Shown one piece after another: positions 41,990 through 54,569 of a stretch of DNA of 64,000 nucleotides. The notes beneath the pieces were generated by a model, which was not told the origin of the DNA, searched no databases, and was given only the letters and a program-made list of their open reading frames with translations. The DNA is from Amphiscolops sp. MND2022 (lineage: Eukaryota): positions 43,960,001 to 44,024,000 of the forward strand of contig OZ076413.1 in the NCBI GenBank assembly GCA_964187785.1, written 5' to 3'. The translations under genes and the position numbers were made by a program. Numbering within the stretch: the stretch's first letter is position 1; the number at the start of each line of letters is the position of its first letter.

Positions 41990-44700
41990 AATGTCCAGGC
42001 CTCATACTACTGCTTGTAGCTCTAGTTCATTTATTGCGTATTTTTTTCTCAGTATCCGATGAAATGAAAAGCTTGCAAGTCTAACTGGTTGTGAATTTCC
42101 GTCTTCCTGATTTTGCCATAGTGTAGCACCCAATCCCTCTCTGCTTGCATCTGTCGTTAGGGTATTCCCACTTATTGAAATGTAGTGTGATAGGCATGGC
42201 AATTGTGTTCTCATTTTGTTTTCAAATTGTTGAACGCAGTTGTTTGTTTTTTTGTCGAGATCCTTTCGTTTTGTTTTTTGAGTAGTTTTCTGAGTATATC
42301 TGTCTGTGCTGATAGGTTTTCGATATACTTCGATAATTATTGTATCGCTCTCAGAAAAGACTCCATCTCCTTTTTTGGTTTGTTATGTTTTGGTAAGACT
42401 TCCAATTTGTCTTGTAATTGTCTGATTCCATCTTGATCTATTCGGTATCCGACCCACTCTGCTTCCTCTTGGAAAATTCACATTTCTTTTGATATAATCT
42501 GTATTCAACATCCTTCAGTTTTTTCATGGTTTCTTTTATCTCCAGCTCGTGTTTTTCCACTGTTCCCCTGATCACAATTATTATGTCTTCTAACCATGCG
42601 CGATGTTTAAATTTTAGTATTTGTCTATGCGTTCCTAAAAGAATGTTGGTATACCCGCCAGTCCGTAGAACCTTTTAAAAAACGGTAGTATCCAGTAAAC
42701 TTTCCTCCAGTAACTTTGAAAGTACATAGATTTCTTGTTTCTTCATCTAATTGGATATGACCGTAAGCGTAATTGAAGTATAGTTTTTTTCCAGATTTCT
42801 CCTTCTTTTTCGTCAGATTTTTGGCGAGATATTCTTGATGTTAGTTCGGACATGCTCGACATCTGTGCTTTTCTTCTGATTGTTGCCTCAATTAGTTTTC
42901 TTGAATCTACAACATTTTTCACTGATTTCTCTTTCTTTACCGTAGTTACTGCTGGGCTTACCAAGCAATCTTCTCTTATTTCTGTTGCTCTTTCCAAATA
43001 GCTGTTTTTGAAAACCGTTTCATTTCTTCTGCTACTTGGTCTGGTAGGTGGATTGGTATTGGTCTCTTTTTGGTATTCTCTTTTTGCTGTATTATGTTCG
43101 TGTATTTTTTCAGGTTGATTTTCATTGACAGGTTTTTTTATTTCGGTTGTGGTAAAAAAGTCCTTGAATTCCTTCTTCTGTTCCAGAATTTTCGTTTCAG
43201 TATCATCCCTCATACTGTCAGTTGTTGCGTTAAGTGGTATTCCAATTCGTTTCATCCAGTCCAGTTCCATTAGCGGTGTGATTTTACTTTTGGTAATTAG
43301 CACGGTAGTTTAAGTGTTTTGTTGATTGTTTTCAACGTTGCTTTTGTTTGTCCGATAATTTCGATCTTTTTGTCATTTTCGTCTTTGTGATTGGTATTCA
43401 GCTTTTCCACTTCTGGAATATCTTTGAATAGGCGTTGAGGTATTAGTGTAACTGATGATCCGCTGTCTATTATGAACTTTATTGGTGCGTTGTTAACCAA
43501 TACTGTTCCCTGAAAGTAATTATCCTTCTTACGCTTTGTAATTTGTTGTAGGCCCAGTTATCTTCTTCACCTGATGATGACGCCTTATCCACGTATTGTT
43601 TTTTCTTGGGAAGTCTGCACATTTTATCGTAGTGTGCCTCCTTTCTACAATTGAGGCATTCAGCCGTCCCAACTGAGCATTTGTGCTGTGTGGACCAGTT
43701 TGGTGCTACACACTGTCCACATCCGCACCGGTTGTCCTTGTACTTTGGTCTTTGATACTCCGGTCGTTTTTTGTTCTTGTTGTACTCGGACTTTTGTGAC
43801 CATATATTCTTTTGTGGCTTTTCTTGAACATGTTTTACGTTTCTCCCATCGTTTGAGTTATTTGAGTCGTTTAACCGGTCTTACATATATTCATGTATTA
43901 GATCGGGTATTGTTCTGATGGTTATGTTGCTTTTCAGTATATTTTTTTCGAGTTCATAGTCTCTCGTTGATCTTCTGATCAGGGATAGGAACTTCGATGC
44001 TATGAGTTCAGCTGGTGTAACGTTGTCAAATTCACAGTTTTTTTTCGTAGTATTTTTGTCCAAACATCTTCTGCAGTCTCGTTTGGTTCATGCAATATTC
44101 CGAAAAAGTCTGCGCAACTATGGAATTTGTTTCTTTCTGATATAAAGTGGAGGCACACTAGTTAATACAGCTGATTAATGTTCATTCTGTTCGGGTCGTT
44201 GTCTCTCACCGTTTTTGTCAATCCGGTTACGGCATTTTCTCCCGAAGCCAAAATGAAAGTATCTTTTCTTTTCATATCCAGCTTCGTCTCGGTACTCTTC
44301 TATTATTTCTGGTCGATTGTCATCGTGTTCAGACCGATCTTTTGTGTCATCTTGACACATATTGGATTACTCGTCACCACCATAGTTTCGCTTCGAGTAT
44401 AGTTTTCTTGTCGAATATTGGCAGTGTTATCTTCTGGTGTGTTGTTGTTCTCCCTTTCTTTTCTCTCGATTCCTCACTTGAGGAGGTTCTGCTTGTTGTT
44501 TCTGCTAAGTTGTTTTCGTTCTTTTGACTTATTCTGACTGCGCCATGTTTTATATGTTAAGTAGAAAAAGAAAAGGAATGCAATACTGTATTGTAGCTAA
44601 TCAAAAATTCATGTGTCTGTATGTAGTAATACAATAGATATCAGTATTTTGGCAGGTACGTTACGTAATTAACGAAAAAGGGTTGTATCATTATGTAAAA
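41990..44700 (-). mobile_element. Degraded Ty3/Gypsy element related to the 5.9-kb element, truncated at the gap
   Basis: FIIDSGSS protease, VSPAVTTVKKEKSVK RT and TDASREGLGATLWQ RNase H remnants. PBS TGGCGCAGTCAG at 44534-44545 adjoins an LTR edge at 44546. Confidence 0.85.
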
Positions 44701-46134
44701 TTACATGACCTTCAAATGCACCGATGCCACAGCGTGATTTGTCAACAAAAGAGGATTTTTTGAGATTTTCACCTTTATTTCTTCGTAATTTTCTGAATTG
44801 ACTGATGCGTTTCCATCTTTACTATGATTTTTTACACAGCAGTGATTTTTTGTAAAAGGCAGAGAATGTTTTTGACGTACCAATTTCGAATATTGCGTTA
44901 AATGATAAAACTTGTGAGGTGAAATCAATGCATACGTTCCACGTTTTCATGACGGGAACATTCACGGAATAGAGAAATAGATTTGACAAAATTTGTACTT
45001 TGTACAACTTTAAATTCTAAATTCTGGTTTTAAAGGTTTAGAGTACTTTTAAATGTTATTCAGAACATTGCTGTGAATCTAATTTTTCAGAAAGGTTGAA
45101 ATAGTTACTGAAATCAATTGATGTCCAAAATAACTATAATATATTTTGTAGACCAACAAAATGAAATTTTCTTATCTGAATAATCAAAATTTGTTAACTT
45201 TAGATTCAATCTCAATCGAATTCACTCGATGGTTTGCTTGATTTCAGTCTGTCGAAGAAAGAGGATTGAACATATGTCGACAACCAACAACCTGAAGATG
45301 CTGAACTTCAAACACCGCCCAGCCTCTCTGTGATTAACTGTAAAGCATAATGGGTAAGATGAATTGATTCCACGAAGAAGCTTTTTAAGTGCTCAAATCA
45401 TCCCTCGGCTTGGGTAATTTACACTGTCATGATTTAATTGTTTCATTAAAATAGTCCAAATACAATCAATTCCGCTCACCATCGTTTTCTTCTCTAACTG
45501 CTAAAAAAAGTTACAGGATATTCCACTTCCATTCCTGGGAAAGAACGTATCGAAACAGTTTTTGATAGTCAAATAGGTCAGAAGCGTGCTTTCACAGACC
45601 CAATGGATTTTTGTAGAAGACTTGTTCGAAGTGAAATTTAGGAAATTATTCGACTGGAATGTAGGCTCATTTTTCATTTTTCCGACAGGAATCAGCATCG
45701 ATTGGTTTAATTTCTAGTAAAAATTGCAAATTGTTGTGGAAGTATAGTAGACCCTTCAACTTACTTGTGGAAAAAAGATAAAGATATGATAAAATATTAT
45801 GAAAATTATTTCGAGACATGTTTTTTCACTTTGGACACGTTTTTTCCTTTTTCTTGCATCTTAATTCCAAGAAAAACGTAGGGCCACTTTTAATTTTTTG
45901 ATCTTGGACTGCGGAGGAAGTGCTCAAATGAAGTGCTCAAATGCAATTTAGTTAGACAGCTTCATGTTTATTGTATTTTTTGGTCTTTTAGTAGTTCAAT
46001 GTTAAACTTGAAAAAAACTCAAGGGACTGTGGAGAAAGCAAAATTGACGGTCAGCTTCTCTCAAGGTTCATTTGAATGATATCACTGTGGTATTCTTCAA
46101 TAATGAAGAATTTCTTCAAAAATGATAAGAACTG

Positions 46135-48370
46135 TGTCGAGCCCAACCGTGTGGGTCGGCTTTGAAGGACCTTTCGAGGTTGACTGTCGATTTTCGGTGT
46201 CTGTCTTACTTATGACAGCCATCATTAAGTCCTTCAGTTGACTGAACTCATTCTGTAATTCGTTTATCTTTCTCTCATAGCTCTCTTTTATTTCAGATAA
46301 CTGAGACGAGATGTCGGAAACCTCGTTGCTATCAGAATCATTGGCAGAAGACTGAGCCATGTCTGGATCCGTTTGAACGGGTGTATCTAATGAGGAACTA
46401 ATAATTCTTCCGCTTCTGAGTTCAGTGCCTAGATCTGGGTTCATAGAGGTGGGAGAAAAGGAATTATGAGTGAAGACTGGATTCTGGATGATTTTTCGAT
46501 GTGTTTTACTGTTTTATGCTGTTATTCGAACTCAAATTCACTATTTCTGAACTTGAGATGTAAATGCGATGAGTTTTACAGTAAGACAAGGATGCTAGTA
46601 AGGAATTGAGAAATAGTTAACGAGGATCAAGTAGAGTTCATCCAAAATTCATCGAACAGATATCAATCAAGAAATTACTCAGAGTTGTGAAGGTAGCGTT
46701 TTACGATGAATACAAGATATGTTTTCTAGTTCAAATCTGTCGTAATTCATCCAACTGGATGGTAGCTAATCGCAATTTCGGTCTGTGTAATCTCTAATGG
46801 CGGTCCAAAATTCAGCAGTTCACGTGTTCTTTTCAGGCTGGTAAGACGCTAAATCTCTTACCAGCCGACTCTTATTGGCTATTGCCAGTTGGTGCTAATT
46901 GGTAAGTCACGTGACCGGTGTTGTGAACTGCCGCAAGTTGGCCAAACCACATGGTACATCTACATATGCTAATTATGACTAATCATCACTTTACAATGTC
47001 GCAATTGCCTGCACACAGTGTCATGGTTTCTATAGCAACTCAAATCATTCAATAATGTACTAATTTCAAGTCAAAACAGAGTAAACTGCATCACAGGATA
47101 GGAAAACGATGTTTTCCAACTAATTCCAGCACTAAAATCAATACTTCAAAACTAAAGATGGAAATGCGATGAATTCGCCAGAATATTTGCTGATTTTCAA
47201 GTCTAGTTTAGCTCTGGATGAAAATGCGATGAATGGTGGTCTTTTAGCTCGAAAATCAACACGATATGAACTGACGATGATAAAAGGATGAACTCGTCTT
47301 CAAAATGAATGATTTCCAGCACAATTTAAATCAACGATGGTAAAAGGATGAACTCCCCTCGAAACTAACTAATTTCCAGCACTAGTGAAATTGGCGATGA
47401 ATTCAGGATGAATTCGGTCGATAAGACAGGTGAAACAGCTAATTCTGCAGTAAAGACAAATATACGATGACTTTAGGATGAATACATTCAATAAAACAGC
47501 AAAATCTAATGAATCAAATTCCAACGATGAGTTTAGGATGAACTCAACTGAAAATTTGGCTAATTCCAACGCAAGTCGAACTAGCGGTGAATTTACGATG
47601 AACTAGTGATGAGTTAGTCTAATAAAACAGATATCCAGCACTTCACTCTTTTTTAGGATGAATTAAGGATGTACTTTCTCATTTCTTGTAGTTTCTGTTC
47701 AGGGCGATGAAATATAGATGGGTTATGCTCTTTTTAAGAAATGAGAAGCACCTTGAAGGTTAATAATTACAAAACGACGATGAGTATAGGATGGCTTTCA
47801 TGCATTTTAAAGTCCCGTGAGATCCGCTGATGGATCACTAAATAAAATCAAATATATGTCCCAAATTTTGTTCACCCGCAATCTTGGCGATGTGATTGCG
47901 ATGAACCTTGATAATATAGCACCGTAATTTCACTAATAGATCAAGTTGTAGGATCACTAAGTCTGCTGATGGATTAGTGATGAACTTTTCTGAAATTCGT
48001 CACGACTACAAGTCCTGAGGCGAGGGAGCTAGTAGAAGTTACAGATTCCATTATTTCTACATCTCTCGGTCCAGTCTGACCGGAAAACTTCTCTCCCTTA
48101 TCGTGACAAACCAATATTGAATAAGATAGCACATTAAAAGCTATTGGCAAGATCATTTGTGCGGACACCGGAATTAGAGCGCTCAGTATTAAATAAATAT
48201 GTATAGCTCAAACTCAGGGGAGGTAGGGATTAAGGTACAAGTAACGTAGGGTTGCTCACAACCATGGCTCTTATTATATGACATCATATTGCCCATATCT
48301 AAGTACATAAGACATAATATTTACATTACAGATATTTAGTAGATTATATTTCCATCATGCTGGCATGACA
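46135..48370 (-). repeat. 3' LTR (~2.24 kb, TGTC…GACA)
   Basis: The left edge is fixed by loss of identity with 63183. The right edge is inferred from the TGTC/GACA terminal repeat plus the adjacent purine tract, because the matching part of the 5' LTR is outside the window. Confidence 0.75.
47157..47903 (+). promoter_or_regulatory. Phased array of GATG-N7-GATG motifs in the LTR
   Basis: Exact copies start at 47157, 47217, 47276, 47336, 47396, 47466, 47526, 47657, 47706, 47779 and 47889. Confidence 0.85.
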
Positions 48371-48896
48371 CTCCCCGGGGCGGGATTTGGACTGAGAGTG
48401 CAGGGGCCAAATGTGCAGAGGATGGTTGTCTCGGCGTTGGCTTCGACTGGTCCTTCGTTTGGTTGGGGAGAAAATGGCCTTCGTTAGTTCTGAATTGGCA
48501 TGTCCTTCGTTTGTTCTGTCCTGTGAGAGCTTCTCTGAGAAGAGGACCTTCGGTAATCGTCTTTTCTGGCATCATCCTGGGTGATTTCGGTTAAATTTTT
48601 CGACGCGGCAACTCTAATTCTTGGTCCATCGAATGTCCGCTGATCTGCATTTTATTGGTTGTCATGCTTTTGACGGGAGTTTCGGCTGGTTATTTTCGGT
48701 AGAAGCTGATTTCTCGGAGCAAAGTTTCCCTCCAAAACGCCTACGCTGAGTAAACAATTCGATTAGCTTCACTGACAAATTGGCAGCGAGTCAGGGATGA
48801 ATGAACGATGAATTGTTTGCTCAGCGAGACACTGATGCTGTTTAGCGGAATGGCTGGCGCCGTTGCCTATTTACTCGCGATGAAAGGAGATGAACC

Positions 48897-49016
48897 GTTG
48901 CCATAGCAACTGTCAAAAGATACTTCCGCTGCTCGACTTTTGAGTGAAAGGAAAGAGATGAATTCGTCGCCATGGCAATTGTTGCTCGATTTGATTGGCT
49001 GAGACTGAATTTATAA
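48897..49016 (+). promoter_or_regulatory. Candidate promoter of the antisense gene: two RFX X-box-like palindromes, an inverted CCAAT box and a TATA-like box
   Basis: GTTGCCATAGCAAC at 48897-48910, GTCGCCATGGCAAT at 48966-48979, GATTGG at ~48993 and TTATAA at 49011-49016. Confidence 0.5.
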
Positions 49017-49502
49017 CTGAAGGAAACTACAACCGGTTGTCAGCAGCATTCTCATCCATAAATCATCCTCCATTCAAGTCGGTTTGAAAATCGCCACGAT
49101 TTCCTTTGCGCGTTTCCGCTCAACTTCGTCGGTATTGATCTGAGACTGGCAGCTGTCAACAAATCAAATACTTGAAGTTTTTTTGTCAAGTCCTAGGAGA
49201 GGACGATCCATTTTCAGAGAAAGCTTGAGTTGGCTGTACTGGGAAGAAAAGTGATGTCAGTATTTGAAATCGGAGTTTTTTCATCGATTTTTCATCTTCT
49301 GAATTCAAGTATTTGATTAACATGGCATTCAAGCTGCGTCTCGCTCTTTGAAATCTTCTATTGAATTTGTTCTTCCGTAATCATGGTTGATCAGGCCATT
49401 TAATTACTGATCAAATTCTCTGTTCCTGAGTTCTTCGATTTCTTTCCTTCTTTCACCTTCCTCCATTCTTTTCAGATTGTTTGTTTTGCAATTCGCTTCG
49501 AG

Positions 49503-52500
49503 ATGTCAGACATTCATTCAGTCTACTCCTTACCAGATACCGAGGTCACAGAAAGTAAGTGCACTAGTTTTCTCTTCTTCACAAACGGGTTAGGGACAAC
49601 TAGGTACTGAAAATACGTCTTGCCTTAGCTGACTCAGTCCATTCTGTTGGCATCGTATCTGAGTTGACGACGCTTCAAACTGTGCCGCCGCAAGAGACTC
49701 CAATGGCCCAACCAGCTATCGCTGAGCCTCAGGTTGACCCTGGTAGTCAGCCTAATCAAGAGTTCAATGTCCCGTATCTTCCGCAGTGTAAGTACTATCC
49801 TTCCATTCTTCAGTTCAGTCTTCGAATCCCCCGTATCTCATCCTTACTCCGTCCAGTAGCTGACTCCTTTTCGTATGGTGTTTCAGACCACTACCCCTGG
49901 TATGCCTCCCTAGGTAGCATCACCTTCGGGTGGTATGACCGCCACATGCGGGACATGCTGCGGGATAGCATCCAGCAGTACAGTGAGTTTGTCAATTTCC
50001 TTTTTCACTTCTCTAGGCTATCGTCCGGACACTCCGATGTGATTCCGATGTAGACATCTCATCTGCATGTAGTGTCCTTTGCGGTCGATTACCCATGTAA
50101 TTCACCTTCGAGATGAATTTAGGATATGTCATGGACGTTCACAGCTCTTCATGACTGACTCGCTGTAAATCCCATTTTTGAAGATGAGTTTTGGATGTAT
50201 TCTTCTCCGGTTTTCCTTCTTCGCGCGTCGTACGCGCTCTTTCTTCTCAAATCGTCGTCGTCCAGTAACTGTTTCTTCTTTCAGGCCCCACACCGATCCA
50301 CGCACCAAGGCCTCGTCCCATCAGCTATTCCGTAGGAGTAGGGACGAGTGATTTCGCCGCAACTAGTGCTGATGCTAGCACTCAAGGAGGGCCCCCTCCA
50401 CTGGAGTTGTCCTCTTTCCTTGAGGATCTGTCACTGGGTGCGGTGAGTTCTCCTGTGATGAGGGCTTCCGCCTCCGTCCTCTCGCCGAGCTTCCATCGGT
50501 ACCTTGACGCTAGTGCCACTCCCAGGAGTCCTCTTCCTCCACCTCGCGTCACAGTTGACACCGCTGCAAATGCCGTTGTTGCTTGCATAGATGTAGCCAT
50601 TGATGCCTGTGTGGATACCGCGGACAAGGAGGTTCAAGCCGTTACTGAAACTGCTGATGATTCTACGTCCTACGAACCCCAGGTGGAGACTTCCCTGTCT
50701 GTTTCTTCTCCTCCACCGGTTGCTGATGTTCCGGGGGCGTTTGACGGCGACGTTGACCCATCTGAAGTTCCTCCAACTGGCACTACTGAGACCCGACTGG
50801 AGATCCCTGATGATCTCTCATTGCACAGTCCTCCATCTGGCATGTCAGTTCCAGGAAGTATTGTGTCCAATGTGGGTACTGTCGACCTCGAGACGTCTCC
50901 AATGGGACCCAGCCTGTTGGACTCTGATGACGAGCCCATTGCATCTCGTCTGCCAGGTTAACTAAACAGCTTTAAACCGGTGAAGTATCTGATCAGTAGA
51001 TTCTCATTCGTTTCCCTTTTCGTTTTTACTTTCGCTAGCATTTTTCACGTTTTCTCTTTTCTATCCATTTTCCATCGTTTTCCTGTTTTCACTCTATGTT
51101 TTTCCGCAGTTTTTCATTTTCCATCGTTTTCTCATCGTCAAAAGTTTTGAACAATAGTCTTTTCGCTCTCTGGTCGTTTTTTAGAACTTTTCATCTCTTT
51201 TACATCTTTAAAATTTCTCGTTTCGTTTTTCGCTATCTTTCAGTGTTTTCTTTTCAGTTTACATCTCTTTTTCATCGTTAAGTTGTTTTCGCTCTAGAAT
51301 ATCTCAAATTTGGTTCAAAGTCGCTCTATTCATCTCTTTTTCATCGTTCGAGGCTTTCATTCTTTAAAGTTTCCATTTTTCATCCTGGTGGTTTACAAAT
51401 ACATCTCTTTTTCATCCTTTTCATTTTTTCTCGTTTTTCGCTTGTATTTCCCGATGAAAATATTATTTTACATCATTTTTTCATCACTCCGGGTGACTTT
51501 TGTTTGTAAGAGGTATTTGTTAGCTTGAGATGCATGAAATCGTTTGAGCGTTTTAAGATGATGTTTACGTTGTTTTGATGTGATTGTAGATGATTATTAG
51601 TATATGTGCTATGAGTTAAACAAGTGGTTATGTGCGTTTACAGGGCGCAAAGTGATCAAGCCCGGCTGGTTTGATCACGAATACTGTGGTCTGGCAATTG
51701 GGTATGCGCGAAACCACCAGTCGCGCATGTCGTACGTTCGGTGTCTCATCTGTAGAAGAGACATTAAAGTCGGGAGCCGTGGGATAACCACGTTCATGGA
51801 GCACTGCCGTGGCATTCGTCATCACCGGCAGGATTGTGTGGTTCGCCTGCACCGCGGACTCCCACTGCGAAGACGAGACGGGACGCTCATGACAACAGAA
51901 GAGAGCGCCGAGTGTCGTGTGTCACTGGAAGGTGTTGCTGTACCCTTCATAGAAACGTGTCCTTCATTGAGTGTGCTGGAAGTCTTTGAGCGGGAGGGGG
52001 CTGGTCAGTCTGTGTGGGACGAGAATGATGAAAGTGAGGACTGGCCTGAGAAGACGGTTCGTCTCTTCGTTTGCCTTGTGGTGGACGCCCTTTACCGAGG
52101 TGGTCAATTCAGCGGAGTCTCCCATTTGTGGGAAGTGTTAGTGTCAGCGGACCCTCAACATGCAGTGTTGTTTGGTGCGCGTTGTTCGATCTCGGACGTT
52201 ATGGTAGGTAATTGTGTTTTGTTGCTTTCTTGGCTTGATTATGAAACCTATAGTTTTTAGTATTGAGTACTAGTAGGTTGCGGGTGGGGGGGTATAATCG
52301 GTGTGTACGTAGCATCGAATTTTGTTGTGTTGTTTTTAGAGGTTTGTTCTGCTGGGCCTGTGGCCATACGTGATGCGTAGGCTGATCACAGTCTGGGTGA
52401 ACAGTGAATACAGCAGCTTCCATCTGTCTGTGTCTGGAGGTCGTGCAACTGGAATGTTGACAGTATGTGGTGCAGATGGAGTCAGGAATTATACTGTCTT

Positions 52501-54258
52501 CAATTTCAATTTGTCACTGGACTGGGAAGGGCGAGTCATCACATGGTTGGTCAATATGTGGTGTTGTATGCTCGGAGAGCCAGTTCCACTTGGACTGTGT
52601 TGCGATGCGTTGCCACAGCTGGGTGGACTATTCCGAGGCACCACTGGAATCGGCCTAGTTGACGTCAAGCCCTTGGTCTTGTCTGATGTGAGTCGGATGA
52701 TAGTTGATGTCGCTGGACAAGTGTTGGGTGGGACTGGCATACATGTCCTTCTCAACCATTTGCAGAAGCGACTGAAAGGATTTGTCCGAGATCCACTACT
52801 ATTGGCCTGTCCACATCTGTTGCAGGTACGTATGCTATTAGTGTACTTTCTGGGGGGGGGTAGTATAGGTGGTTCGGAGGGAGGGTGGGTCGTTGATGAG
52901 TTGTTAAGATTGGTGCTGTGAATTTATTTGGCTTTATATTCAATGTAGGCAATATTATCTGGTGAAGTGTACGTGTGGACTCTGGCTGATGTTTGCGATG
53001 AATTGAGAGCAAACTGGACAGACATATTGTGTTTGCTGCGGTTCGCTAGTGGAGGCGGGACTCTGGACACTCTCGATTTGACTCTGCGGACAGAGGTCGG
53101 GATTCCGATCAGATTTCAAGTGCTTGGTCTGGTTTACCGTGTTTGTTAGTACTATTATTTCTTGTGTATGTAGGGGTCACTAAGTGATATGATTTGGTTC
53201 GCTCTAAAGTGTTAGTCGAGTGATGAACAAAACAAAAGAAAAGGAGAAACAATAAAAAAAAGGGGGGGAGGTACCGCGATACGAAATGAGCTAAGTGTGT
53301 AATGTGCTTTGATGTTTCAGTGATAAATTCGTACGTAAAGAGCTTCGAGGACAATTGTATGCGCAGCTGCTACTGGGCCGTGGAGAGTGCTTGCTTTGTG
53401 CGAGGATTGATGACCATGTTAATCGATGATGATGTACTGCCATCAGTACTAGATGCACGCGCTTGGTTATTTGTAGACGTCGAGAGTTTCGCCATTTCTG
53501 GAGAGAAGCAGGAGCGTCTCATTAGTAGTTTCCGTGCAGACGACGAAAATGAAGAAGGTGGTAATCTCTACGAAGAGGATCTGGCGCGGGTACCTGTCTT
53601 CCTCTTGACTGTGGTGAAGAATGTTATCACGCTACCGGGTGTTCGAGATGATCTTTCATTCGTGCGCGGGGTATTCAGTATGCCGAGTTTGACTGTAGTG
53701 CCGGAAGCAACATTGTTGGCGGAGATCCGCGTATTCACTGATCTGCTCGTAGAGTTGGGTCGTATTTCTACTGCTGAACAAGGAGCTATGGAACGCGGGT
53801 TTTTGGATTTCGTGTTCAATTTCCGTCGTGGTGTTGAGTCGACTGAGAGTGCTGCCAATGTGTCCGTAGTCAAGTTGTTGCGGTACTGCTCGACTCGAGG
53901 GTCGCAAAATCTACTGCGCAGCATCTTCTGTCTAGATGGAGGGGTCCCAAGCTGTAACAGTTATCTATGCGACGGGATTGGACAGTTAAGCAGTGAACTG
54001 ACGGAAGGGGTGTGCGCTGTCATTCATGGGTATTTGTCAGCGAGCAATATACGTGGTTATGGCAGTGTGAGTGGTCCTCTCTTGGAAGAGATTATGGAGG
54101 CGCACCGGCGTATCATCGACTTAACCGATCTTAGTGAGAGCATGCTGTGGGATGATATCGGGATTGTGGCGGGAGAGGAATACAGGTTTCAGTTATATGC
54201 AAACCTAGGCTACAGCGTCACAGGAGAGCGGGCAGCGAGTCCAGAGATTGGATATTGA
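49503..54258 (+). CDS. Spliced antisense accessory gene of the giant Gypsy element, ~1062 aa: Pro/Ser/acidic N-terminus, C2H2/BED-like zinc finger, uncharacterised C-terminal region
   Basis: Exons 49503-49554, 49629-49787, 49857-49982, 50285-50956, 51644-52203, 52340-52825, 52949-53144 and 53321-54258 total 3189 nt. All introns are GT-AG, with phases 1,1,1,1,0,0,1 closing in frame without stops. The exon 4-5 join (AG|GTTAAC) is the weakest, so it may be two genes. Confidence 0.75.
51122..51485 (-). promoter_or_regulatory. Phased GATG-N7-GATG array in intron 4 of the antisense gene
   Basis: CATC-N7-CATC at 51122, 51192, 51262, 51331, 51402 and 51471 (69-71 bp spacing). Confidence 0.85.
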
Positions 54259-54569
54259 TTTTACAACTTTGTTCGCTTTTAATTTGCAATTTTGTGTTTT
54301 TATGTTGTTTGATAGTATTGTTCGTTAGTTATTATGTAGAAATGGGCGGCTAAACTAATGTGTTGCTCCAAGCAGCACTAGAAAGAAACAGAGTGGCGTT
54401 GTGTCGGAAAATTCGGCAACGGGGTATGGGATAATTGAATACTTTAGCGCCCAAACTTGTTTTTAATTGAGTTACTAGTGAGTGAGAATACAGTCATCTG
54501 TTAGATAGGTTCACGGCGATTGAAGATTATTGTTGGTTTCAAATACTCTACGTTTCAGTTGTCATTTTT

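Noticed and set aside
41715..42084. ORFs spanning the N run
   Set aside because: Artefacts of the assembly gap.
46097..46444. 115-aa ORF identical to the Gag N-terminus, read as a separate gene or assembly duplication
   Set aside because: Identity ends exactly at the TG/CA LTR edge. It is the 3' LTR copy.
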